In this document: one piece after another, positions 25,581-38,820 of the stretch
How positions within the stretch are numbered: position 1 is the first letter of the stretch
Layout of the letters: each line of letters opens with the position of its first letter
Assembly: GCA_905331295.1 (NCBI GenBank)
Contig: CAJNYD010000074.1
Coordinates: forward strand, 372,001-433,356
DNA: 61,356 nucleotides
Origin: Rotaria socialis
Lineage: Eukaryota
Reading direction: 5' to 3'
Position numbers and translations under genes: made by a program
Notes under the pieces: generated by a model
Told to the model about the DNA's origin: nothing
Seen by the model: the letters and a program-made list of their open reading frames with translations, nothing else
Database searches by the model: none

Positions 25581-27142
25581 CAAGACGCGAGATAAAAAAT
25601 GAGACTGACAAAGAACGCAGCAAAAAGATGAAGAAGTAGAGAATCAATTCGCTGATTCAAATCTGGCATACAGCTAATGAAAGTTTCTGCTGCATAGATG
25701 TCGATACAGTCTATAAAACTGGACGACTGTACGCGTGTTCGCTAGAGACGAAGATCAAAGAGATATAGAGAATTTTGTTTTTCAAAATTTCTTCCATAAT
25801 TTAGCTATTTTCTTTGAATCTCTGAAGCAGAAATGAACTTGAGTTTCAAGCACTATCATCAGTAGCTGTATGCATTTGATTGAAGCTATTTTACTTTTGG
25901 TTCAAATCAGCGGCGGATCCAAGAATCTTTAGAGGGGGCGGTGCTTTCTAAATTATATAATACGACAAAGAGAACTTTTTTTCGAAAATATATAAATCAG
26001 AGTACTACAGTTTTCTTTCCATTGCTTATTTAATTTTTGCGCAATATATCTATAATTTCATGGAAAAAGCAACTTTTTTAGACAGAAAGTTGCCCAATCA
26101 AATCTAAAAACTAATCGACGACTGAACTTAGTGAATTCATCGATGTAAATTAGTTACAATTAACCAGATTTTTCTAATTATTTATTTTCATGATTTTTTT
26201 GTGGAGCTTTTATTATTAAACTAAAACAGCTTTCGAACGTTTGACGTCAACATCTTGTGGTTTATTTTCTTATTGAAAGATATGATTTGGTGAATATAAG
26301 AATCGCAGAAACATTTTGGGTAGCAGCTTAAAAAAGACAGAAATGAAGCTGAAAACGAACAAGAGCGATTTATAGTTTTTGATCTACTACTTACGTAATA
26401 TTCAAGATGGGGACAATCAATTATAGCTTTCCGATTCCCTTCGGTTATTCATTTTATTTTCGACCTTCTAATATTATTTAAGCCTTTAAAAATATTTTTC
26501 GTTGTCCCGTCTAATTTCAGGGGGTGGTGAGCGCCGAGTAGCAGTATAGACCAGTAACCTAATTTTTATATGTGCATAGAGAACATGACCAAGAATTCAT
26601 AGATAAATATTTGAACTATAAGTTCAATACATACGTTGATATCTTAAACAAATAGGATTAACTATCTATATGTCTTCGAAAGAACATAATGAATATGCAC
26701 ATCGTAAAATGTCGCCTACAAATTTTACGATCAATACATGACGTATATTACTGTTGTGTGGATTCATCTTGGCAAGAGATCTTTATTTTTTTGGTGCTCG
26801 CTCTTGTTATCAAAGTATGCTGTTATTGTTCGTCTTTGTTTTTACAGAAGTAGCTAATCCGCCATTTTGAAAATAAAGTTAATCGAGTCGTGTGTATCGA
26901 GTTACACTTATCTAGCGTTTAAGGATTAGACGACTCATCGTTCTTGTGATAAAATTCAGTCATTGTGAACCCTTCATTTTTTACGTTCTTTGTTCGAAAC
27001 CAATAGCATGATATTTTTTCTTACACAAACATATCTACATCGTAGAATTAAAATTTTCACATTCGATACATACTCATGAACAAGGTTTACTAGACGATTA
27101 CCATTAATTCCATCTCATTGAAGAGTATTGCTGTATTATTTA

Positions 27143-27492
27143 AAAATAAATGAGGAAACATCGGATTCGCATCCGATTGTTATGTGTACTGCAAAAACTG
27201 AGTCGATTTATATATGTTGTGAATAATTCTAAGAAAAAAAATCCCTGTACCCCCCTCCNCCCCCCCCCCCCGTCAGGGATGGTCTGGTCAATACTGACAA
27301 TTTTTTCGATAGCTCAGCCATTTCTTGACAGATCCTTCTCATCTTCGAGCTCGACTGAAATATTAATGAGATCATTATGTGTACGAAATTTCATGACAAT
27401 TGGATGAGGCTTTCAAAGATTATCGTGTTAACAACAGGACGGACACGCTGACCGAATCTAGAGTGTACTTACTTTTTTTGAGTACACAAAAA
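27143..27492 (-). mobile_element. DINE-1/HINE-like non-autonomous Helentron, copy 1
   Basis: Clearly homologous to 54145-54493 along its whole length. On the minus strand: T-run, GTGTACTC..AGTACAC hairpin, CTAGATTCG, GTCC repeats, distal inverted copy TTTTTGCAGTACAC, terminal ATCGGA..TCCGAT stem-loop. Confidence 0.7.
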
Positions 27493-27961
27493 GCATGATG
27501 TTTACTTGTCTATCGATCAAGCATCTCAATTATTTTCTTTGAGTAGTTCGATTAGCTTACAATCGCTGATTTTATCATTTTCACATTTTTGTAACCAACT
27601 CCAAGCAAATATTCTTCAGTTTTCTCTCGTTCCTTCTGAATTCATCGATAGTTATTATCTAACCTTTGAAAATCAACATTTTGCTGATCTAGACATTTAA
27701 GTTTCAACAACATCCATCCCCACAGACGATATCATAACACAAAACTGCAGTTCACAATTCTCTTTTAGCCTTTATCCGATTGCTATTGACACTATCTAAC
27801 CATTTCTTTCCATCGAAACTTCTATTCTTTTCTTTTGTGTAATTTGAAAACGAGTAAGAAGCAGACATCTATCTTGACTTGTAATTGATTAATACGATGC
27901 ATCAATCAAAACATTTTCTATAAAGGAATCAAATTTACTTTGAAAAGAACTGACGATTAAG

Positions 27962-28779
27962 ATGACGAGTACACCGAAAAACTTTCGTTCAATTTGTACG
28001 AAAATTATTTGCGTTGGACGGAATTATAGGTAAGAAAAAAATGCTGCGTTGGTTTGATGAAAAAACCAAAAAGTATTATTTTTAGTGAACATGCAAGCGA
28101 ATTGGGCAATGTAAATATTTGATCTTGCTTTTTTCTTAAAATGTAGGTTTGTCTTTAGACTGTACCAACGAAGCCAATAATTTTCATGAAACCACCAAGT
28201 GCATTTGTTATTGAACCGAATGATATCAAAGTAGAAAAAGAAATGTAATTAAAAATCTAATAAACTCGATTTTCAATTCTATAGATTCCATCCGAATGGG
28301 ATGAAGTTCATCATGAAGTTGAATTAGGTGTTATTATTGATAAGAAATGTCAAAATGTTTCGAAAGAAGACGCTGCAGAATATATTGCAGGTTATTGTCT
28401 AGCACTTGATATGACATCAAGAAAACTTCAAAATGAATTGAAAGATCAAGGTCTTCCATGGTTACTTGCTAAAGGCTTTGATACATCGTGTCCATGCGGC
28501 GATTTTATTGATAAAAATGAAATCAATCTATCTTCATCGGTTAATCTTTGGCTTAGCGTCAATGGAACCATGAGGCAAAATGGTCATACGCGTGATATGA
28601 TTTTTTCGGTACCAGATTTAATTGCTTTTATTTCAAAATATATTACACTTGAACATGGCGATTTAATTTTAACTGGTACACCGGCTGGTGTTGGAGCAGT
28701 CAAGAGAGGAGATCACATCGAAGCTGGAATCAATGGAGAAAATGATTTAAAATATACAATGAAATTTAATATTGCATAG
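27962..28779 (+). CDS. FAHD1: FAHD1, copy B
   Basis: KIICVGRNY, HHEVELGVII, LALDMTSR, LAKGFDTSCP, GDLILTGTPAGVG. Same intron positions as copy A. Confidence 0.95.
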
Positions 28780-28920
28780 AATTTTAAGATTGATTTTTTT
28801 CGTATCGTGCAATTGATCTATTATAGTGCTTTCAAATGAAAAAAAAATGCTTGATTTAAATTATTAGTGATAAAGAAAATAATTCGTAGTTTGATTTATA
28901 GATTATCAGTTTTAGTCGAT

Positions 28921-31514
28921 ATGGGCGAAATTGCTAAAGAAAAACTAGCAGCTCTGTTGCTGGAATATCCAAAGCCATCGGGTATTATTTTGGGTTATGG
29001 CACAGCAGGCTTTCGAGCACGAGCTGATACACTCCCATGGATTATGATTCGAATCGGTCTTCTAGCTTCTCTTCGGTCTAAAGTGAAAAAAGGTGAATAT
29101 CGTATTTTTCAATTTCTAGTTCATATTTTAAATGAAATCTTCATTCCAGCATGTATTGGTGCTATGGTTACAGCGTCACATAATCCTGAACATGATAATG
29201 GTGTTAAATTAATTGATCCATTCGGAGAAATGCTAGATCAATCATGGGAAATCTATGCAAGCAATCTATCCTCACTCGAGTATGTTCGATTAAGCAATTG
29301 TTGAAAATTAAAATTTTTCATTTAATTCTTAGTGACAGTATTGATGCACTGTGGAATTATTTAGAAAAATTAATGGCTCAATTGAATGTTCAATTAAAGG
29401 ATAAAGCTACGGTTGCTATTGCATATGATACACGGTAAAGTAATGTCATTGAAGACCAACTTATTTTGCACTGAGACGCTTTTTTAGACAAAGCAGTCCA
29501 CTTTTATCACATATTGTTCAACGAGCAGCTGAGATTTTCAATACGAATATCATAAATTATGGTAGAAGAGTTTATGCGGAAATTTTCTGTTTTACTATTT
29601 TATACTTCTCATAGAACTAATGACGACACCACAACTTCATTATACTGTTCGATGTTATAATGATAATGAACTCTATGGACGTTGCACTGAAGTTGGTTAT
29701 TTCGATAAAATTTGCACAGCGTTTAAAAACTTAATTGAAGCAAGAAGAAATTATTCATACATTTTGATTTTATTATTTTTGTTCGCTTTCACAGATGACA
29801 CCTGGCGCCAAACACCTTGAACAACTTGCTATCGATGCTGCTAATGGAATTGGTGCTCAAAAACTGGTTGTTTTACAACAAAGATTATCAGATTTGTTTA
29901 AAATTGAAATATTTAACGATGGTACTCAAGGTCGTTTAAATGAAAAAGTAAATAAAAACAAACAATACGAGACTGTTTAACCCATTGTTAATCATCCAGT
30001 AGAGTTGGAATGGATCAAAAAGTGACCTATTAGACTTGAACGATATAAAATTTTGAATTTATTATTTATTTGGTTTTGTGACTAAAGACGGTACATTTAC
30101 AATGTCTCGCTCTGATGCAAGAAATACTTATTTACGACATTTTTGAAAGATGGAATAAAACGTCATTGACGCATTAGCGTATCTCAGAGTAGTATACAGG
30201 GTGACACAATCTGGTTACGATGAGCAAGCGCAGCTATATCACATTTCACATTTTAATTCTGTAAGGATTGCGCAAATTACTTTTTCGAGTATTCTTCTAT
30301 TTTTCAGAAGTCGGAATATTGATGACGAGCGGGTTTCTCTCGTTTAATAACCTATTACGACTATGCAGTTAATTCCCATGAAAAAGTTGTAAAGTTTAGT
30401 TTCATTTTTGTTTTAAACTTTGCCACTGATTTAGTGTGGTGCTGATTATGTCAAGTTATATCAAAAAGCACCGGAAGGTTTACCTTTAACGAACTATCCA
30501 AAGTATTGCTCGATTGATGGCGATGCTGATCGTTTGATTTACTATTTTATCGATCAAAATCAACATTTTCGTATGCTTGATGGTGATCGTTTTTCAGTGT
30601 TATTCGCATCATTTATTTCCAAAAAATTAAAAGAAGCTAAATTAATTGATCAAGTTAAAATAGGCGTTATTCAAACAGCTTATGCTAATGGAAGTTCAAC
30701 AAATTATGTTATTAATACAATGGTAGACTTATTTTGTATCGAGAATAATAAGAATAATTAAATTGACAATTTCATCTAGAACGTTCCTGTGGCATGTGTA
30801 CCCACTGGTGTGAAACATTTACATCATAAAGCACTTGATTTTGATGTTGGCATTTACTTTGAAGCAAACGGACATGGAACAGTAGGCTGGCGTTTTTTCG
30901 TAGATAGAATGTTAACTAGAGTTTATTCAGGTTTTATTTAGTGATGATTTAAAAACTAGAGTAAAATCAGTCATGGAAGACGAAAAGTAAATTGAATGAT
31001 AATGTCACATGTTTTATTTCAATTGATTTTCTTTTGGTATAGTCGACCAGACGATGAAAAGCTAGCTGCAAAACAACTTCATGTATTTATTGATATAATC
31101 AATGAAACAGTTGGTGATGCTCTAGCTGATTTGTTGGCAACCGAGGCTATTCTTTGTTTAATGAATTTATCGATAGAAGGATGGTTAGATTTATACCATG
31201 ATTTACCTCAACGACAATTAAAAGTAGCGGTTAAAGATCGAACCATGATACAAACAACAGATGCGGAACGACGTTGTACTGCTCCTGCTCATCTACAAGA
31301 TTGTATCGATGAACTTGTGTCGAAATATCCATCGGGCCGTTCATTTGTTCGGTAAAGCAAAAACAAGAACCAAATTAGTTATTCTTTTTTCCTTCTTTAT
31401 AGACCATCAGGTACAGAAGATATCGTACGTGTCTATGCTGAAGCAACTACGCAAGCTGATGCTGATCAACTTGCTGATGAAGTACGAAAGATAGTTCAAG
31501 AATTAACAAAATAA
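28921..31514 (+). CDS. PGM3: Phosphoacetylglucosamine mutase, canonical copy B
   Basis: [52 protein letters not shown] and RPSGTED are all canonical. One GC-AG intron at 29740-29794. Confidence 0.95.
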
Positions 31515-31876
31515 ATGGTTATTGTCATCTGATAGAATATTTAGTTGAGAGATATTCGTATGATACTTTTTCAGGTCAAAAGTTCTCTTTTTATTTAATA
31601 TTAAATAATCTCCTTATTCGGCAGTTTATATTGGGTTTATTCGAAAAGAAAATGCGCAATAAAATTGATTTATATGCATATAATTGTTTTTTCACATTTG
31701 AAACATTCACTTTGATCATTGTTATCAGTTACTAATTTGCATGAAGATCCAAGGTGGTTTTGGAGCAATGAATTGTTCATGATAAAAATTCACGTTGAAA
31801 CAATATCGTTCACCACTATATTAACTTTTTAAACATAGTAGTTAATCAGATTTTTTCATAAGAAACTAGATGTTAA

Positions 31877-32596
31877 GGTTGGTGTGCCGTAAAAAGACCG
31901 AAAGGAAAAATGTCGAAAGGGAAAAATATCGTAAGGAAAAATATAGAAAATGACGAAAGGAAAAATGTCGAAAGAAAAACGTCGAAGGAAAAATATCGAA
32001 AGAAAAAATATCGAAAGGGAAAAATGTCGAAAATTTGCATTAAGATGTTTTTATTCTTGAAATCATAATAGCATCATAGCATAAATCATAGATAAATAAG
32101 AGTNTTATTCTTGAAATCATAATAGCGTCATAGCATAAATCATAGATAAATAAGAGTTATAAAGAAAAATACACATATCCAGTATTTACTAGTTGTTGTT
32201 GTTTTATTCAGTTTGAAAATATATTCATCTGATACAAGCAAAGGTTTTCCTTTTTGCCCCATAATAAATGAAATAACTGGAGATGGTGAATGATTGTCAC
32301 CATATAAAAATGAGCAAGCTGTAGTCATCATGATAGAATTATAATCGTTGTATACTATTTTACGCCTATTTTAGCTAGTTTTCATAAGATATTACTTATC
32401 AATAGTATCAATGGTTATCAGTGTCAAGCCAATGGAATAATCAGATCAACAACAATGAACAATAAACTATTAGAACCTTCACTTAGTAGACGTCGCTTTT
32501 TTCTATCTTTTCTGTTTTCGACATTTTTCCTTTTCGATATTTTTCTTTCGGTTTTTTCTTTCGGTATTTTTCCTTTCGGCCTTTCTACGGCCAACC
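31877..32596 (-). mobile_element. Internally deleted MULE-like element with a FLYWCH-type fragment
   Basis: Long TIRs of CGAAAGGAAAAAT repeats (GCCGTAAAAAGACCGAAAGG / CCTTTCGGCCTTTCTACGGC). Internal peptide QKGKPLLVSDEYIFKLNKTTTTSKYWIC resembles the start of a FLYWCH domain. No TSD seen. Confidence 0.7.
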
Positions 32597-33049
32597 AAAA
32601 CAGTCAAGAACGTAGTCTGATCTTATACTATCGTTATCATCACTGTCTATTGATATGAAGTTTAGTAGCTCGTACGTCAAGAGTTGAATAGATCATTTTT
32701 TTTCTTTATAATATAACTGCCAAAAGAGAGAAATATAATTTTCAAACATGTGAGTTTCTAAACGTTTGTAAAAAGAATACATAAAATGATAAATTATTAG
32801 AGGAAACTCGAACGCAAGAAAACAACTTGCTATAGTAACCGTATCAGATTCATTGTTTTATTAATGAAGTGAAAAATTCTCTTTGAGATTATTAAGTCAG
32901 ATATTTTTATTGCGAGACAAATATTAGTTGATAAAAATAAAAAATAGAAGTATCAAACATATTTACAAACAGTTGTAGAAGATTAATTTTGCCAAATGAG
33001 AAAAAACGAACAGTATCAAGTTATCAATATATTTGATGGATATTACTAA

Positions 33050-33453
33050 TTAATGTTTCTTGTTATGAGATGGCGGTGGAGGGCAATGATATCCAGGTCG
33101 ACCACCAATATATCCATCTCGGTTTATATCAATATGTGTTAGCCGTTCAATTTTACCAATAAGACCTGTTAGATAAATAAATAAAAAAGTTATGCTAAAT
33201 AAATAGTATCCGATAAAGTTACCTCCACCCGGTGGTGGTCTATATCCGCCAATAATTCCATCATGATTAAAATCAATATGAGTTGCTTGTTCAAGTTTAG
33301 CAGTTATTCCAGGTCCTCCAATACGACCATCACCATTCAAATCTAAGCCAATTTTTTCTTCAAGTTTTCTTGTTAAATAATCTATATAAAATATTCAAAT
33401 ATATATATTAGAAAACAACAAATATTCTACTCAGAATATTGAAACTTACTCAT
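33050..33453 (-). CDS. 92-aa protein with three K[LI]Exxx[GH][LI]DxNxDGxIGG repeats
   Basis: Exons 33453-33450, 33381-33223 and 33165-33050 with GT-AG introns total 279 nt in frame: MNYLTRKLEEKIGLDLNGDGRIGGPGITAKLEQATHIDFNHDGIIGGYRPPPGGGLIGKIERLTHIDINRDGYIGGRPGYHCPPPPSHNKKH. Confidence 0.8.
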
Positions 33454-35626
33454 CACTATTATTTAATAGGTTTAGTAAATGCCTTGCTGCTTGCTCTGCT
33501 TGTTCGTACAGTAAGAAACGTTTTTTATGACTCGAGATCTATTCTTTCTTTTCTCTTTTATACAGAATTGCTATGAAGAAAAGAGAAAATGAGTCAATAT
33601 TCTCTTTCGAGAACAAGTATCGACGTCATTTTGTGCGTGGGTGACCGATGAATCATAAACACAGCATCACAAATTGATAATATTTCCTTCGCGATACTAC
33701 CGATTGAAGTCAATTATTTTCTTTTGCAAATTTTTACATTCGAAACTCAAGGGTGATATATGTAAAGGATTAATTTCGATATTTACTCAAGAACAAGATC
33801 TTTCTTTTTTTACATAATTTTGTAACGTAGATCATCGCACAAAGTCTATTTTGCACAGACGTAAAAGATAACTATCGATATTATTTGCAATCGAATCAAT
33901 ATTTCTTCAAAATTTATTTATTAAAACATACTTCAATCCTATCCAAGAATTACAGGCAAAACGTATGAAATATTCTTTTAAAAGCCGGATCAAATTAGAG
34001 CTACAGGAATTGAGAATAGAATTTTTTATTTGCATTAAGTAATTTCTCTATATTTATGTAAGAGCCCTTTTGATTTTTATTACTGCTTATTTTTCAGAAA
34101 TAATCCTTCAGATGATCAAATCATTCAAGCGTCAATCAAATCCTAAAGACGAAAAGAGAAAATAGACAATTTTTTTTTGAAAAATTTGCAGAGAAGTTAA
34201 AGTTTATAAGTTGAAAAAGAAGATAGTTAAATATGAAATATCAACTTAGAAAGTATTTTCGTACCGCTCAACTACTTCGTTAAATTTACCACTGAGAAAT
34301 TAAAAAAACATGTAGCGAACGATTTCATCGAATTTTTAGGACGACTTCTGCCTACTTTTTTTATGAGGGATACGAATACATTAATTAATTCCTGTAGCAT
34401 ACAAAGCGGAACAATCCTAAATCAACAGCAGCTCAGATATTTTTCCAAACATTGATAGAAAGATAACATAATTGCCGATAGAATATGCCATCGTCGTAAT
34501 TTTCATTCAAAAGATATTTCTATATTAATTCATTTGTGTGCCTGTAAAATGCACTGTCATTGGCAATTTACATTGCTGTTTTAGTAAATTTGTCTACTTC
34601 CATGTCTTTTGAATTTAACTAAACAATTCTTCTAATGATCAATAGCTTTAGAATTGTCAGTTTGAGTTTTGTAAAGTTTAATTTCACTTCCTTATTTCGC
34701 AATAAGAATAGAATTAATCAAACCATCCTAATTAGCAGATATTTTTATTGTTTGTTGATTGAAGATCTGTTTTTCAAAAGCATAGCGATTAATTATTATC
34801 TCAATTTTGCTTCATTTTCAGTTCTGATGGCAGCCCAAGTTAAAACTCCTACTAGTTATGATATCAGTAATTCTTGAGTTGAATTATCATGCTGCACTAA
34901 CATGTCGATTTTAAAATCTTGTTAAAATACAGTACAAAAAATAACAAAAATGTTTTACAATAAATAGCAACACATCAGCAACATAACCGTATTGAATAGG
35001 TTGGCTATTGCTCTTCAACAATCAGCCACTAGTAGAAATCAGCACATACAACACCATGCGGTAGCCATCTAATGCCGAACTGAATATATTAATTGGAGAA
35101 AATTAAAGGATTCTTCTGTGAATATACTTCAATTACTAAGTAGAAAATTAGATTCAAGACTCTATTTCTTTTTTAAATACAGAAACCTTCTAAAACCCTT
35201 GAGGATTTCCTTCAAAATACTAGTTTATTTTCTACCAGATGCTTCTCTAATTGATATTTCACCATTATTGAGCAGCACAACGTACTGCTGAGTGTACAAT
35301 TCATCTGTCAGCTTGCTTTATGAAATCTACTCATTGTAAAAAGTAATCTGTTATTGAAACAACAGATGACTTGTTTTTATTCAATATTTCGCTCTTTTTC
35401 ATTTTGAAGGACGCTCGATAATCAAATTTAACTTAAAAAAAACATTTTGAGATTAACTTTAGTTTCTTTAGCGACGAAATAATTTTACGTAGAAAAATAA
35501 TTGTATGCAACGACATCAATGAAAAGGAAAATCAGCGATAATATTATTGATGAATTATTTACTCGCTTTGATCGAAAGTCTCTGATAATTGCACTTAAAC
35601 ATTCCTCTCTCTCTCTCTCTCTCTCA

Positions 35627-37931
35627 GAGTGCACAGATCATTGTCTTGAATCAAGAAGCTCATTCAGTTCGTTGAATACATTTAGTAGGATCATTAGTTT
35701 GTGTGCCTATACTTGCCCTACTGGCTTGGGAACTATTTCTTCTACATCGTATTGCACCGATGTCTCAGTATCAAACGGTATCACTATTGGACAACGTTTA
35801 AATACAGTTTATGTTCCAAGTGGTAGTGATGTTTCACTATCTTTTCGAGGTGGTTCGTGGGGTGCTTTAACAGCAGGCGGAAGCACTTATTCAATTTTAA
35901 CATACATTAATCTAGTGTCAAGAATGGATAATGGCAAGTACAATAATGCTCCAGTTTCTACTGTGATGTCCCGAATCAATATTAAAGTAAACGAAACAAC
36001 AAGTATAATAATACCAGTGAGTGATGCTGATGGAGAAAACTTGCGTTGCCGTTGGGCAACATCATCCAATGGTGTTGATGAATGTGATACTGTTTGTCCA
36101 CCAAGTTCACTGCCAACAAATACAATGATCTATTCAAACTGTACTATTTTAATTACTGGCCAAGTAGTTGACAACAAATTTGCTATTGAACTCATGATTA
36201 TTTTTGCTATTTTTCATTGCCGAAAACAGTATTGATTTTTCTTTTTTTCTTCTTCATGCATAGGTAGAAGACTTCTTGAATGCATCGAGTATGACACCGC
36301 TAAGTTCAGTACCAGCACAATTTCTTGTAAAAGTTATTGCTGCATCATCATGCGTCTATCAACCAGAGGTGTTACTTCTTGCAGATTCATGTACACCACT
36401 CAAAGTCAATCAAACGCTCACGTCAACATTATTAGCGATCAATAATTGTGGAACAATTGTCACTATTATTGATATCTCAACGTAGTCTTTTTCTGGCATG
36501 ATTCAGACGTCTCTCAATAAAATTTAATTCTAGCATTTACTATAAAAATTTGACATGGAAACCAACTACAAACCAAACTGGCTATCAAGTAATGTGTGCA
36601 ATTGCTCTCGACAAGTACATTTTAATTGAAGTCACTAGTTCAAAAAATTACATTTCGGTTTTGTTTTAGCCAAAATTCACAATCACTACAATATTGCTTT
36701 ACATTCTATGTCACAGAAAATGGTGAGAATACATGTCCCGGAGTTACATACATTACAACAACAATAACAAAAATCTCGACAGCAGGTTCCTAAATGGATT
36801 TGTTAAATATTTCCTAGTAATTTATTCTCCTTCTTTATTATTTAGGAGAAACTAATAATACAAAACTGATTCGAATACTCGTCGGCCTAAGTTTTATATT
36901 GGCTCTAACCATTAGTTGTTGCTTAGTGTGTTGCTATAAAAAGTATGTTCCAAGTAAATATACCAAAATAATATACTTTTTCATTTATGTTGTAGATACT
37001 CTAATCGTAATTGTCGCCATAAATGATACAAATCTAACAAAACTACTAATATCAATAACGAGGAATCATCTACTATTGTTTCTTATGTTACTTCACGGAG
37101 TCATCTTACACGTAGTGAAATTGACAAAAGTACGATTAGATCAAGCATTTCTCCAAAAATTTCCATGAAATAAGAAAGAAAATAGTTTGAACATGTTACA
37201 CATGCTACACTAAATGATCTTTCAGCAAAACCCTGTGGAAGTGTTGAGCAAAAGCCAATGACCACTCTCTCCGCTCCAACAGATAAAACGATCGAAACAA
37301 TATCAACTGCATCGAATCTGAATGAACAATCATTAAATATGTCATCTGAACAAGAAAAAGCAGAGACACATTTGCGAACGGTTCATTTCCATCAGAAAAA
37401 AACATGATCATACCTCTTCTACGAAACTTAAACCAAAGCGAAGATCAAGTATTTTTGATGAAAACCTATCCAAACACCAGAATACAACTGATAATCATAG
37501 AAAAACATTGCCAAGACGTAATTAGTAGCATTGCTAACATGGATCTCGTACGTGTCACACATGTGTCTGCACATCCAATAAAAACAGAAACAACTGCCAT
37601 TGATGATATCCGCTCATCGATTGTCGCAACGGCTATTCGTTTAGATGAACTCAATAAAAACATACAACTAACACGCTCTATGAAAATAAATGACAGCAAA
37701 ATACATGTGAAAGCCTCCCCAATAAGTGCTTTACGAAATGCAAGTGAGTCTCCAATCTCACAAATTGATACCATTCATTTAAAGTCGGCTAATTCGAAAC
37801 TGAACGCAGTTGTTGCTGCTGATAACAATGGTGGCAAACAATCGCCAAACCTTATTCGTGTCAAACGCATTAGAACTACGCCGAAAATTCTCTTTGATGA
37901 ACAGAAAGTAGATAATAACAAACATGAGTAG
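35627..37931 (+). pseudogene. Disrupted Cys-rich single-pass surface protein of the Sib/'integrin beta-like' type
   Basis: Motifs RMDNGKYNNAPV, IPVSDADGENLRCRWA, DECDTVC, PLSSVPAQFL, LTWKPT. In-frame TAG at 36483-36485 and a frameshift soon after. No signal peptide seen; recognisable sequence begins after a (CT)n run. 3' limit uncertain. Confidence 0.6.
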
Positions 37932-38820
37932 CTGCCACGGTCAACTGCTACTATTGACTTAATGTTTCCAGAACAATGTAGTTAGCATTAAAATTTCAAT
38001 AAACTACGTAAGTGACTTTTCTTGTTTCAAGAACATTTAAAAGTTTTACTTCAAAATGTTTCAAATAAGAGTATAGATAATGCTAATTGTCAAATTGTAT
38101 TGATCCTGAGCGTCTGACTATTTATTGTTACTATCAGTGTGTGTCAATAAATGGTGTTCTTTTGAGTGTAAAAAGAATTTAGAATTTGTAAGTGATTGCG
38201 TAGAATTTCTGTTTAGCTTGCTTGATAATCGTATATGACGAGCGGAAGAAATATGAATTGATTTATCTGTAATGATAGTCTCCGAATAGGTGCTGCGAGA
38301 AAAAGTGGCATGTATAGAATAACTCGGGGCCATAATATCCTATATTGATACATATAAATGAGAATGTGGATAGAAGAGAATGGTTCCATTCTTCACATGC
38401 ACACATGCTCGCTCATCTCTGATTGCGTCGAACTGAATTTTCCCAGGAAATTGACGACAAGCACAACAATAAATATTCGCTTTCGATGTTCTTCTACATT
38501 TTTTATATACGTTCTTGGCAATTTCCCTTATATCTACTCCGCTCAGTTTTGGTGAGGGGCTCAATATAAGCGAGACATAACAACATTATGTATGCAATCT
38601 GCTGTCGTCTATTTTCTTTTTAGTAGTATATTTGATTGGCCTGAATTTTTTAGAACACTGATAGTATCATCAAACACTGCCATCTGGCTAACACGAAGAA
38701 CACACGTAAAGAATGATAGATGAATGAATCATGTAATTGCAAAAGTACTCTAAACACCAGAAGGCTTGAAGAAAAAGAAAACATCAAATAATTGGTGAAT
38801 GCACTGGTGTCCAAATCAAA

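Noticed and set aside
27150..27407. ORF similar to ORF 54178-54408, suggesting a small gene family
   Set aside because: Both lie inside the HINE-like repeat; no independent coding evidence.
31900..32035. Regular CGAAAGGAAAAAT repeats resembling an array
   Set aside because: No unique spacers and mirrored at ~32500-32590; these are transposon TIR repeats, not CRISPR.
32051..32157. ~53-bp tandem duplication
   Set aside because: The copies are separated by a single N, so this is probably a contig-overlap artefact.
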